NCBI GenBank assembly: GCA_016839765.1 | Contig: JAEOTP010000034.1 | Location: 36,606 to 100,605 of the forward strand | DNA from: Promethearchaeota archaeon | Lineage (GTDB): Archaea; Asgardarchaeota; Lokiarchaeia; Sigyniarchaeales; SOKP01 | DNA length: 64,000 nucleotides | Reading direction: 5' to 3' | Shown here: piece after piece, positions 51,598-61,768 of the stretch | How the letters are laid out: every line of letters starts with the position of its first letter | How positions within the stretch are numbered: position 1 is the stretch's first letter | Position numbers and translations under genes: made by a program | Notes under the pieces: generated by a model | Told to the model about the DNA's origin: nothing | Seen by the model: only the letters and a program-made list of their open reading frames with translations | The model's database searches: none

Positions 51598-51872
51598 GGT
51601 TTCTATCTCATTTTTTTTCTGATTTATAAATAAATAAGAAAAATTTCCTTTTTATTTCTTAGCTAAATATAGAATTAATTCTTAATAAAAATTATAGAAT
51701 CACATATGGTTAATCTAGGTGAAAAGAAAGAAATAATATGTTTCTATAGATTATTTTATGAAGCTGAATGAATAGCAAGATGTTCCTCTTTATGACAATA
51801 TCCAATTTTATTCTCTGCTATATATAGAGGATTAAGAATAGTTTTATATGTAATTACTCCTATTATAAATTC

Positions 51873-52607
51873 ATGAATTCAGAACCTAACCTTAATGATT
51901 TAGAAATTGACTTAACAAAATTAATTGAAAAGGAAATAAATGAGAAACATGGTATTCTTGGAATCTCAGTATCTTCACATGGAGGAACCCATCTTGCGAG
52001 TAAATTTAAAAAAGAGATTAAAATGACCAAAACAGAAATATCTGCTGCAAGTAGTAGTATGGTCTTTCTTTCCTCAAAAATTTTAGCCGATTCATTAAAC
52101 CAAAAAATATCATATAATTTAATCACTGGAAAGGAGAGAATAATCGTCTCAATTTTAACTGAAAATGTTGCTCTAATGGCATATCTAAACAGACAATTAG
52201 CTGAACTTGAAGGATTAGATTCATATATAAATTCCCTAAAAGTCTTTGCCATTCAACTATCTGCAATCATAGATACTTCTGACCTAATTAAAGAAGAAAT
52301 ATTTGTTGCTGTAAAAAGAGCTATACCGAATGCCTTAGTGATAGCAATAATAACCAAAGATGGTTTACCAATTAAAATTCAATCAACCATGCCTGAACCA
52401 ATACTTTCTGCAATGACTTCTGCTATATATAATTTAGCAGGTATTCTATTGGGGGGAAGTCTAGAATACTCCATTATTGGGGGTGAGAATGGTTCTATTA
52501 TAATTCATGAATTAGATGAAACCAGAATTCTCGCAATTGCTGTACCAGAAGCAGATGAAAGGAAATTAGGTTCTTATATAGCAAAAATAAAATCATTAAT
52601 TAAATAA
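51873..52607 (+). CDS. Tandem Roadblock/LC7 (MglB-like) domain protein
   Basis: Two repeats: GISVSSHGG..ISAASSSM and IAIITKDGLPI..LSAMTSAI..GENGSIII. Confidence 0.8.
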   Translation: MNSEPNLNDLEIDLTKLIEKEINEKHGILGISVSSHGGTHLASKFKKEIKMTKTEISAASSSMVFLSSKILADSLNQKISYNLITGKERIIVSILTENVALMAYLNRQLAELEGLDSYINSLKVFAIQLSAIIDTSDLIKEEIFVAVKRAIPNALVIAIITKDGLPIKIQSTMPEPILSAMTSAIYNLAGILLGGSLEYSIIGGENGSIIIHELDETRILAIAVPEADERKLGSYIAKIKSLIK

Positions 52608-52616
52608 CATTAAAAT

Positions 52617-53867
52617 TCAAGAGATAATCTTACTTATCCCATCTGCTACCTTTAACGCTCCGAAAAAAGATTCAGAAAAGGATTTTGCACTAAATAAGAT
52701 GGAGCATACAGGTTCTCCCTTAACCACATTCTTGATTGGTTCACTTTTATCTTGAATAAACTTGAGATTGTTTATTTTTTCTAATTTATCTATTGGAACT
52801 TCTTTAGGTGCGAAAAAAATTAGCTTAGTAACATATTTCTTGCAAAGATGATTATTTAATATTTCAATAATTTCATTCCACTTCTCTTGATTAAAACTTT
52901 TAATATGTAAATCTAATAAATTTATGTTCATAGAATCCTCTGAAGCCCTTATAGACCCTGGAATTCTTGGATTAATTTCCATTAAATAAGGGTAATGATT
53001 TCTTAACACAAAATCAAATCCGTTAATCCCTCTTAATCCTAATATATTTGCGAGCATAATTGAAATCTCGGAGATCAATTTATTATCTTCTTTTAATAAG
53101 TTTCCTGGAACGATATTTCCACAATACATGAATTGTTTAGGTGGATTAACACACTCTAAACCAATAATTTGACGGTTAATAGATATAACTTTAGTTTCAG
53201 CTCCATTAGAAATTGTAGTACAACTAACTGGTATTCCCTCAATATACTCTTGAATTAACCAATTTGAAGAATTATAACCATTAAATTCTAAGTTCTTAAT
53301 TCGAAAGGTTAATTGTTCTTTGTTTTCAATTTTATATACATTTATTCCTCCAGAACTCTTTTTCTTTTTCAAAATGAAAGGGTATGCTAAAGATTTATTT
53401 AATTTCTCAAATTTCTTTAATTCATAGCTAATTGGAACTTTATATCCCATTTCTTTAAGAGTATGATAAATTTTAGAAAGATTTCTGGCATTTTCCATGA
53501 CACTTATATTATTATTAAGGCTTTTAGTACCATCTTTTTTTTTTTTAATTTCATCAAGAATATATTTACGTTCTTCTAAATGATCATCCATGCCACTAGC
53601 AATAATTAAATTTTCTATATCAGAATACTTATTTAATAAATCAATTGTATAGTGAGCTAAAAACTGTTGGTAAATATTTTTAATTGAGCTATATCGCGCA
53701 ATTAATTCTTTTGTTATAATTATAGAATCTTTAACATATGGATATAAATCTAAATCTCCAAAAAAATCAACAACATATACATCATATCCTGCTTTATTCA
53801 AAGAATAAGCAAGAGGACGTGTATTAAAACCGACAACTAAAACAGATTTCTTTTTTCCGTCCATCAA
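52617..53867 (-). CDS. ATP-grasp domain protein (archaeal type)
   Basis: VDFFGDLD, KSSGG, IQEYIEG, YCGNI, GINGFDF, EINPR. Confidence 0.85.
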   Translation of the reverse strand: MMDGKKKSVLVVGFNTRPLAYSLNKAGYDVYVVDFFGDLDLYPYVKDSIIITKELIARYSSIKNIYQQFLAHYTIDLLNKYSDIENLIIASGMDDHLEERKYILDEIKKKKDGTKSLNNNISVMENARNLSKIYHTLKEMGYKVPISYELKKFEKLNKSLAYPFILKKKKSSGGINVYKIENKEQLTFRIKNLEFNGYNSSNWLIQEYIEGIPVSCTTISNGAETKVISINRQIIGLECVNPPKQFMYCGNIVPGNLLKEDNKLISEISIMLANILGLRGINGFDFVLRNHYPYLMEINPRIPGSIRASEDSMNINLLDLHIKSFNQEKWNEIIEILNNHLCKKYVTKLIFFAPKEVPIDKLEKINNLKFIQDKSEPIKNVVKGEPVCSILFSAKSFSESFFGALKVADGISKIIS

Positions 53868-53907
53868 ATAATGAATAATTTTTGAGTTTAAAGAAATTTT
53901 TTCAAAT

Positions 53908-56112
53908 TCATAGAATTCTTTTTAATTCTAAAATCAAATTTTCTGGATTGTAACGATCGAATTGAAATATCTGAGCTTTACCAAATTTTTTAAAATTTTT
54001 CTTTATTTTATCTGCTGCGTATGTATTAACCCCTAAAGCTTGTGTGGCATAACTTTTTTTAGGTTCTAAAACAACCACGTGAACTCCTTTTTTTGAGAGT
54101 CTTTTAGTTAATTCTTTTAGCTCCTTAACGATTAGCGTATAATCAGTCTGTACTTGGGCGACTAAGTCGGGATATTTTACAGAAATATTTGATCCACAAT
54201 CTGAACATATGAAAATAACAGGAATAACATTTCTATTTTTTAATTTTTCAGCATTAATTAATTTAACACATTTTTTTAGTGCAGCTGCCATGGGAGTATA
54301 CGACTTTCCTTCAATACTTTTTAGTTTATTAAGAGCGTTTTTAAAATAAACTGTTGGCTTTTGAAGAACTATTGCTTCTTTACCTCTAAATATAATTAAA
54401 CTGATTTTATCTCTTTTTCTATATCCTTCCTTATGTAAGGATAAAATTACATCTGTCATTTGTTTTATCACATAATACATCGATGCAGAACTGTCAAGTA
54501 CAAAAAAAAGTAAAAGGGGTGCACGATATTCGAAGATCTTATCCATTAAATCATATTTATTGAATTTTATAGGAAATTCTATATCTGTTTGATTATATAT
54601 TGTGTTTTTCAAATAGCTTCTTATAGTTGCATCTAAAGCTAAACTCTTTGGTTTATCTATGGGGGTTCGATAAGAAATATACTTTCCTTTTTGAGAAGAT
54701 GCTATTTTAATTCGCCTTCCTATACCACGACCTCCATAATTTGAAACTTTTCGTTCTTTTCGGATATTATCAAGAACGGAACTCATTTTTTGTTCCATTT
54801 TATAAATTAATGGCAATTCCTCAGTTTGATTTTCAAAAAATTTAAGATCTATCTCTTCAAGGGGAATATTTTTTACTTTCCAACCTCCTGCAGGAGCAGG
54901 ACTCCTTTTTTTGTTATCAGGATATTTAGGGGGAGGTAATTTTTGTTCTTTAGTCTCCGGCATTTTAACTTTTCTCGGATCTACTGATTGTCGTTTGAAT
55001 TCTTTATGTAATGTATCATCCTGTTTTAATGGTCCTTCCGAATCAGGGTTAGGCTTATAAGCATTAGGATCCTCATATGCTTTTTGTATTTTTCCATAAA
55101 CTTCTGCAATTTTAGCTTGAATTTCTTTGGGAGTCATCTCATAATGAAGCGACTGAATTCTATGTTCGAAAACTAAATCCAAAGCTACATTTAAATCTTC
55201 CTCTGTAATTTGTGTTCTACTATTAAAAGCAGCATGAGCTCTAGCACAGCGTATGAAAGTTATATCTGCTCTTTGAGAAAAGATCTCTAATTCATTAACA
55301 ATCATAGATACAAATTCAAAAACAGAGGATGGCACTTTTACTTCTTTTAGTATTTCTCTCGCTTTTTTGATCTTATCTCGTAGTTCTTTCTCTTCTTCTA
55401 CATATCTCTTAATAAATGTTTTTGGATCATCATCAAATTCGATAACTCTTCTTGTTATTTCTGCTCTTAACTTTGAATTTCTTGGTGCTTTTATTTTAAC
55501 TTCCAAACCGAGACGATCAGCAATTTGGGGCCTTAATTCACCTTCCTCAGGATTCATTGAACCCACTAAAACGAATCGGGATGGGTGCATAACAGAGATT
55601 CCTTCTCTTTCAATGATATTTACACCAGAAGCAGCTGCATCCAATAAAGTATCAACTATATGATCCTGCAGGAGATTAATCTCATCGATGTAAAGTATCC
55701 CGCGATTTGCTTTTGCTAATAAACCTGGATGAAGACTTTTAATGCCTTCAGTGAGGACTTTATCGATAGAGAGACTACCACAAACCATATCTTCTGTAAT
55801 TCCTAATGGCAGGTTTACAAGTCTCATTTCACGAATATCTACTTTTATCTCTCGTTTTCCTTTCTTTATACGGCATTCTTCACATAAATCTTCATTTTCT
55901 AAGTGAGGATCACATGAAAATGGACAATCCTTTACAACTTCAATCTCAGGCATAACTTCAACAAGGCTTCTTACGGCTGTTGATTTCCCTGTACCTTGTT
56001 GTCCTGATAATAATATTCCACCAATTTGTGGGTCAATAACGTTTAAAATAAGCCCCATTTTCATTTTGTCCTGTCCTAAAATAGCTACGAAAGGAAAGGA
56101 TGAAATTTTCAT
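53908..56112 (-). CDS. Mg/Co-chelatase ChlI/ChlD-like AAA+ ATPase with C-terminal vWA domain
   Basis: FPFVAILGQ, GQQGTGKST, LYIDEINLL, GSMNPEEGELRPQ; vWA MIDAS DSSASM, TP, SD. Confidence 0.88.
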   Translation of the reverse strand: MKISSFPFVAILGQDKMKMGLILNVIDPQIGGILLSGQQGTGKSTAVRSLVEVMPEIEVVKDCPFSCDPHLENEDLCEECRIKKGKREIKVDIREMRLVNLPLGITEDMVCGSLSIDKVLTEGIKSLHPGLLAKANRGILYIDEINLLQDHIVDTLLDAAASGVNIIEREGISVMHPSRFVLVGSMNPEEGELRPQIADRLGLEVKIKAPRNSKLRAEITRRVIEFDDDPKTFIKRYVEEEKELRDKIKKAREILKEVKVPSSVFEFVSMIVNELEIFSQRADITFIRCARAHAAFNSRTQITEEDLNVALDLVFEHRIQSLHYEMTPKEIQAKIAEVYGKIQKAYEDPNAYKPNPDSEGPLKQDDTLHKEFKRQSVDPRKVKMPETKEQKLPPPKYPDNKKRSPAPAGGWKVKNIPLEEIDLKFFENQTEELPLIYKMEQKMSSVLDNIRKERKVSNYGGRGIGRRIKIASSQKGKYISYRTPIDKPKSLALDATIRSYLKNTIYNQTDIEFPIKFNKYDLMDKIFEYRAPLLLFFVLDSSASMYYVIKQMTDVILSLHKEGYRKRDKISLIIFRGKEAIVLQKPTVYFKNALNKLKSIEGKSYTPMAAALKKCVKLINAEKLKNRNVIPVIFICSDCGSNISVKYPDLVAQVQTDYTLIVKELKELTKRLSKKGVHVVVLEPKKSYATQALGVNTYAADKIKKNFKKFGKAQIFQFDRYNPENLILELKRIL

Positions 56113-56270
56113 ATTTTTACTCCAGATAAATCTTCTAACAACTTAAATTGTTTAGTTAGACATTCTTTTAATTAAAAAGAATATTAAGTAAAATAAAGAT
56201 TTTCCTTTTAAACCTTATATTAAAAATAGGGTTTATAAAATTAAAATAAAAAAAGAATCCATTCAAATAT

Positions 56271-57221
56271 TTAAAATTTTTTAGATAATAATGTTAGTTT
56301 TTCATTGAGATTTGAAACACACTCATCCCATTCTGCTAAAACTTCTTTAATTTTTGGTATAATTATGTCTCTTTCTTTAAATTCTAAATAATCCATAAAC
56401 TGTTTAATCTTCTCTATTTTTATGAAGGTTTCAGCTACGTATTTCCGTATTTCACGAGTTTGATTATCTAAAACTTCATAGATTCTATGAGATTCTCCTT
56501 TACGCATCAATGTGGCTAAATATTCTTCAGTACCAAGAAATAATGAGTCTAATTGATTAATTTGGTTTTTAATAAATCTATCATATGTTTCTAAAATATT
56601 ATCACTTGGGAAAAAGTTAGTAATATCAATAACAAATTTCTGTGCTTGTATTACTAACTGTTCCATGCTTTCAAATCCCTCAATTCTATATTCAACTTCA
56701 TGAAAGTTACTTCTCTCGTTATTTCCATCATTTAATCTGAAAATTTTAAAACCGGGATCGTTTTTTAACTGTTTTACCGGATCCCCTTTTCTTTCTGGAT
56801 ATTCTACCTGTCTAACTAGACGTTCTGGATTAAATACTAGAGAAATAGCAAGGGAATTTAAACTTTGATATGCTACTGTAGTTTTTCTATCACCAAATCC
56901 CGAAAGCATAACTCTAAAGCCTGGATGACTATGCCACCAACCTATTACATAATCACCTTTATCAAAAGCTTCTTCTTCAATGATTACCGTCGAAGCATAA
57001 TCTTCTTCCGACCAGACGTATTTATCAACTATAGCCTTGGGATCATAAACTTCATGCATAATTGGATATGCTTTTGAAATTAATACATCATCATTTTGAT
57101 TTTTGCCAATGAAAATCCCGTTTGCTTCTATCCACTTATCTTTTGGTATTTTTTGATTCGCAAATCTCACACTCGCAGCAATAATCGTTAAGTACGCCTG
57201 TTTAGGAATAATCACAGTCAT
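56271..57221 (-). CDS. JAB/MPN domain protein with helical C-terminus (MPN-1)
   Basis: EANGIFIG, IGWWHSHPGFRVMLSGFGD, ISLVFNP, GFKIFRL. Confidence 0.85.
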   Translation of the reverse strand: MTVIIPKQAYLTIIAASVRFANQKIPKDKWIEANGIFIGKNQNDDVLISKAYPIMHEVYDPKAIVDKYVWSEEDYASTVIIEEEAFDKGDYVIGWWHSHPGFRVMLSGFGDRKTTVAYQSLNSLAISLVFNPERLVRQVEYPERKGDPVKQLKNDPGFKIFRLNDGNNERSNFHEVEYRIEGFESMEQLVIQAQKFVIDITNFFPSDNILETYDRFIKNQINQLDSLFLGTEEYLATLMRKGESHRIYEVLDNQTREIRKYVAETFIKIEKIKQFMDYLEFKERDIIIPKIKEVLAEWDECVSNLNEKLTLLSKKF

Positions 57222-57641
57222 TATTTATCTACTTTAAGATAATTATCATTCTTGATAATTTTATACTACTGCATATATTTATGTCTATTTTTTTCTTAAG
57301 AATCTTCTAAAGTTAATAAAATTCTGTTAATTTTCTATAATCACATTATTTCGCTCATTATTTCTGTTAAAAACATATTTTCCTCTAACCAATCATCTTG
57401 AAGGATTTTTCAGCTTGAAAATTTAACTTATAATATTGAAGAAGCTTTTTTGGAGTGAATAAGGTCTAAGCGAAGTTAAAATTAAAAAATTAGTAAGAAA
57501 TTATTAAATTCTAATTCTATTAGCTGTTTTTCATTTAAAAGATAAAATTATTTATATTCATAATATACCATTATATTATTACTAAATACAAATTATTACT
57601 GATTCCAATATAATTAAAATCATCTTAAAGAAAGGATAAAA

Positions 57642-58271
57642 ATGGCTGAAAAAGGTTTTGAACCACTAACAAGTCAACTGGGTATACCTGGGACTTCTTA
57701 TAGGATTCAGCTGGGATTAATTAATGAAAAATGGGCATCAAGATTGTTGAAAGGACAAAATGTTATAGATTCATACATTTATAAGGATGAAGATATAGCA
57801 GAAGGGGGATTTCCTAATCAAAATCTCATCGTGGGTTGGGTCTTACGTACTGTGGCAATTCCAAATATAAACCCACATCAAGTAATGAAAACCACTCAGG
57901 CTTTAGTGAAACAAGCAATTGAAAAGAAAGAACAAAAGAAAGTTATGGCGCCCATACAAGAAATTAAAAAGGTTGAATTAGAAAAAGTACCTGAAAGTGA
58001 AATAAAAAGACCTCAATCAGTGGGATGGGTAAAACAGGAAGGAATGAAGTCTGTACAGGAATTAGAAGAAGAAAAACGTCAAGCCTTTAAAGAAAGAATG
58101 GTATATAAGAAACAAGAAGAAGAAATAAGAAGATCTGGTACAATCACAACCTCAAGAGAGTTACCTTCTATACCTAAAGGTGAAGAAGCGCCATCAACAT
58201 TCTGTCCTCATTGCGGAAAAGATTTAGATTGGAAATATTGTCCTTTTTGTGGGGGAAAACTTCCACATTAG
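57642..58271 (+). CDS. Hypothetical protein with charged linker and C-terminal zinc ribbon
   Basis: Globular N-terminus, RELPSIP, CPHCG...CPFCG. Confidence 0.75.
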   Translation: MAEKGFEPLTSQLGIPGTSYRIQLGLINEKWASRLLKGQNVIDSYIYKDEDIAEGGFPNQNLIVGWVLRTVAIPNINPHQVMKTTQALVKQAIEKKEQKKVMAPIQEIKKVELEKVPESEIKRPQSVGWVKQEGMKSVQELEEEKRQAFKERMVYKKQEEEIRRSGTITTSRELPSIPKGEEAPSTFCPHCGKDLDWKYCPFCGGKLPH

Positions 58272-58391
58272 GAGTAATGTTATAAAATTCTCTAAATTTA
58301 TTTTTTGTAATACTATAAATTAAATAATTCAGTTTTTAAATGAGATAAATTATAAATATTACAAAAATTAACTATATCTAAACGTAATAGA

Positions 58392-59864
58392 TTGAGTGAT
58401 AAAGTAATGGGCAAAGATACAGATACAAGTGTTGTTACCATCAAACCAATGGCCTATTATAAGATGTTAGTTCATGTTCTTAGATTTGGATCAAAAACAC
58501 AAGCCGTTAATGAATACAAAGAAGTTATGGGAATGCTAATTGGTCATCTAGAGGGACAGGGCGAAATTAAGGATGTAATCATAGAAGATGTTGTACCTAT
58601 AACACATGGAGGATCAATTGAAGTTAAGTTTTCTGCAGAACAGCTTGGTGCTTTTGGAGAAATTGATAGGCAAATCTGGGAACACCATGGTGAAGAAAAT
58701 TGGTTTAGTGTTGGTTGGTATCATAGTCACCCGAATTTGGGAATTTTCTTCTCTAGCACTGATATATTTAATCAAATATTTTGGCAAGATAAAAATCCTA
58801 GCGGTCTAGGAATAGTATTTGATCATGCCTATTTGGAAAAACCTAGTGATTTAGGTTTTAGAGTTTTTAGATTAGAAGATCCTTCAAAAGGACTAAATTC
58901 TAAGTATTATGAAGTTAAAGCTATAGTCGAGCCACCAGATAATTTTGAATTTTATGAGAAAATAATTGATTTGATAAATAAAATATACTCGAAAGAAGCT
59001 CCAATTCTTGAATTAAATGAAACCACTGATTTATTTAGCGATATATTTTTTCCTGAACAAAAACAACTAGAAAGTAAAAAACCTCAATTATCAGTACAAG
59101 AATTGTTAAATAATTTAAAGAAAGGGTTTTCAACTTTTATAGATTTATCAATTGAACCTCTAATTAACATACTTAACCTTTGGAGCCAAGATATTGTAAA
59201 AAAGATGTTCTATAATAATACACAAATGAGAAATGATTTAATTGATATAAAAGAAAATCTAACCACTGGCATAAGTAACCTCCAGAAGTCATTTAACTTC
59301 TCATTGCAAGACGATTTAAAGAAATTAGATTTCTATATAGATGGTAAGCTTGATAAACTTGATGAAGGACTGAATAATATGGAAAAAGCAATTCATCAAT
59401 TTAAAGAGAACCTTACACTACAAATAAATCAATTAATTGAAAATTCATTTTTACAAAACATTAATCAAATGATTGATAACTTTGATAAAAATCTTGGAGA
59501 TTTAAACGGAATAAATGAAATGAATGAGATTGTTTTACAAACTTTAGAGCCAGATTATGTTGAATTAGAAAAGCTATTTAATATCATTGATCCTACAAAA
59601 AGTAGAATAAAAGGCGCTATAGAGGATAATCAAGAGATAATTCTAAACAATTTTGGGAAAAAATTACCCCATATTAAAGACATCTTTTCCAATTTAGATA
59701 AGGATTTAAGAAAACTCCTCTCAGATTTAAAAGCAGCTATACTAGTTCTCGAGGGTTCTAAAGGTCCTGTTCTAAACAAAATTGAAAAATTAGAGAATGA
59801 GAAAAAAAATCTTCATAATACTATAAGAGAATTAAAAAATGAAATTAAAGAATTGAAGAAGTGA
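58392..59864 (+). CDS. Rpn11/CSN5-like JAMM metalloprotease (MPN+) with long helical tail (MPN-2)
   Basis: KMLVH..., EVMGMLIG, VGWYHSHPNLGIFFSSTD = complete E-HxH-x7-S-x2-D. Confidence 0.9.
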   Translation: MSDKVMGKDTDTSVVTIKPMAYYKMLVHVLRFGSKTQAVNEYKEVMGMLIGHLEGQGEIKDVIIEDVVPITHGGSIEVKFSAEQLGAFGEIDRQIWEHHGEENWFSVGWYHSHPNLGIFFSSTDIFNQIFWQDKNPSGLGIVFDHAYLEKPSDLGFRVFRLEDPSKGLNSKYYEVKAIVEPPDNFEFYEKIIDLINKIYSKEAPILELNETTDLFSDIFFPEQKQLESKKPQLSVQELLNNLKKGFSTFIDLSIEPLINILNLWSQDIVKKMFYNNTQMRNDLIDIKENLTTGISNLQKSFNFSLQDDLKKLDFYIDGKLDKLDEGLNNMEKAIHQFKENLTLQINQLIENSFLQNINQMIDNFDKNLGDLNGINEMNEIVLQTLEPDYVELEKLFNIIDPTKSRIKGAIEDNQEIILNNFGKKLPHIKDIFSNLDKDLRKLLSDLKAAILVLEGSKGPVLNKIEKLENEKKNLHNTIRELKNEIKELKK

Positions 59865-59876
59865 TTGTGAAATATT

Positions 59877-61277
59877 ATGATAAACACCCCTAACAATAAT
59901 AAAGAAGAAAAACTCGAGATTGCAAAAGATTGGAAAGTGTATATAAGAAATGACGCTTTTAGAAAAATGCTTAGTCATATAGTTAGGTTTGCTAATAAAT
60001 CATTGGAAGATAATCAAGAAGTAATGGGCATTTGTATAGGTGAAGCAAATTCAGAAGACAAGACTTTAAATTTAATGAATATCATTCCTGTATGTCATGG
60101 AGATATCGTAGAACTTGGGTTTTCTCAAGAAGTTCATAAAAAAATTATACAAATTGAAGAAAAAATTATTACTACAAATTTAAAAATGATTGGTTGGTAT
60201 CATTCGAGACTAGAAGGTGGTCTTTTCTTTTCTCACGCAGATAGGAGTAATCAATTATATTTTCAAAATGAGAAACACCCATATGGATTTGGAATTGTAT
60301 TTGATAATAACCTCCTTAATTCTGGAAATAAATTTGGATTTGAGATTTTTAGATTTAAAGCCTTTTCAAAAGGAATAGACAGTGAATATGTTGAAGTGCC
60401 TTTTGAACTGGAAGTACCTAACACTTTAGAATTTTTCAAATGGATAAAAGCGCTGGTAGAAGATCTTCAGAGAAAAAATCCTATAGTGATCAATGAGTTT
60501 GATGAAATTAGAAAACCAATGCCTGGAGAACTTCAAGAAATCCCAAAAATAGAAGATGTTGCGATTAAAAACGGTGATGATGATTTTAATGCTCAAATAC
60601 AACCAATATTCACAGGTTTTAGAGAGGGCACTTCGCAATTTGTAGATAATTTTATTGATGCCTATAAAAACCAATTAAGTAATTGGATGATTGATGTTAG
60701 AAATGGCTCATTAAAAGGTATTGAACAGATTAGAAGTATTGTGAATCAGATGAAATATTCTTTTGAACAAGGTTTAGAAAATATCCAAAATTACTTTGAT
60801 AAAAGTTTTTCTGAAATTTCAGATGTATTTATCACAAATATTTCAGAATATATTGATAGAAGAGTTGAAACCCAAAAAGAGTTTACAATCAAATTTTCAG
60901 ATTCATTCGAGGAAATTTCTAACGACATACAATCTATAATAGAAAATAATTTAAAAGAATTTACTGATAAATTAAAAGAAAAAATATCATATGAAGAGGT
61001 AAAATTATATAATATTAATCAAATAAACACTAAGATTAAGCCTTTACTTAATAAATCCTCAGATTTATTAACTAAGACTTTTAATAATACAAATGCTCTT
61101 TCTGACGATCTCATAAATGAAATTAAAAGATTGAGTTCCAGGTTTAGTTTAAGTTTGAATGAAGAAATTGAAAATCTAAATTTAGATTCTGATCCTATTA
61201 AAGAAAAATATAAAGAAATCGAAGAATTAATTGAACGGCTCCAAAAAGTCATCTCAGACTTTAGACAATTAAAATAA
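59877..61277 (+). CDS. Degenerate MPN (MPN-) paralog with long helical tail (MPN-3)
   Basis: EVMGICIG, IGWYHSRLEGGLFFSHAD: second Zn-ligand His replaced by Arg. Confidence 0.85.
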   Translation: MINTPNNNKEEKLEIAKDWKVYIRNDAFRKMLSHIVRFANKSLEDNQEVMGICIGEANSEDKTLNLMNIIPVCHGDIVELGFSQEVHKKIIQIEEKIITTNLKMIGWYHSRLEGGLFFSHADRSNQLYFQNEKHPYGFGIVFDNNLLNSGNKFGFEIFRFKAFSKGIDSEYVEVPFELEVPNTLEFFKWIKALVEDLQRKNPIVINEFDEIRKPMPGELQEIPKIEDVAIKNGDDDFNAQIQPIFTGFREGTSQFVDNFIDAYKNQLSNWMIDVRNGSLKGIEQIRSIVNQMKYSFEQGLENIQNYFDKSFSEISDVFITNISEYIDRRVETQKEFTIKFSDSFEEISNDIQSIIENNLKEFTDKLKEKISYEEVKLYNINQINTKIKPLLNKSSDLLTKTFNNTNALSDDLINEIKRLSSRFSLSLNEEIENLNLDSDPIKEKYKEIEELIERLQKVISDFRQLK

Positions 61278-61315
61278 TAAATAGAAATTATTTAATGCTA
61301 CTTCTTTAATTTATA

Positions 61316-61630
61316 TTAGAAAAATTCTAATGAAGATACAGAGGATATATTTAATTTATACTTAGGGATATTAGTATTGAGTCTTTTTAATTGGTTTCTT
61401 TTTGCTATATTACTTAATATCCTACCAATTCTATCTACTCTAATATCTATTCCATAATTTTCTTTCAAAACAGAATTAATTTTATAAGAAGAAAGTATAA
61501 CTATTTCTGAAATATTTTTTTCACATAGCCTTTCAATTGCTTGTTTCACTAATTTTAAGATCGTTTCTTTATTGGGTTGATTCTCCATGTTCATATTAAT
61601 ATTATATTTGAAGGTTTTTAAAATTTTCAT
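61316..61630 (-). CDS. Small basic winged-helix-like hypothetical protein
   Basis: LSSYKINSVLKENYGIDIRVDRIGRILSNIAK..KYKL; true start probably a downstream Met. Confidence 0.55.
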   Translation of the reverse strand: MKILKTFKYNINMNMENQPNKETILKLVKQAIERLCEKNISEIVILSSYKINSVLKENYGIDIRVDRIGRILSNIAKRNQLKRLNTNIPKYKLNISSVSSLEFF

Positions 61631-61768
61631 CTATAAAATTTGGTTTCCTATTTTGAAAGTCCTTTTATTATTAAAATGAACTTAAAAGTATACTAATTTA
61701 TAAAAGAAAAAAATCATTTATATAAACTTAAATTAACCACCATTAGTAATCTAAATATTCTTTTTGCT

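Noticed and set aside
53908-56112. Evidence for chlorophyll or cobalamin synthesis
   Set aside because: ChlI/D-like ATPases are widespread in non-phototrophic archaea; no other pathway genes in the window
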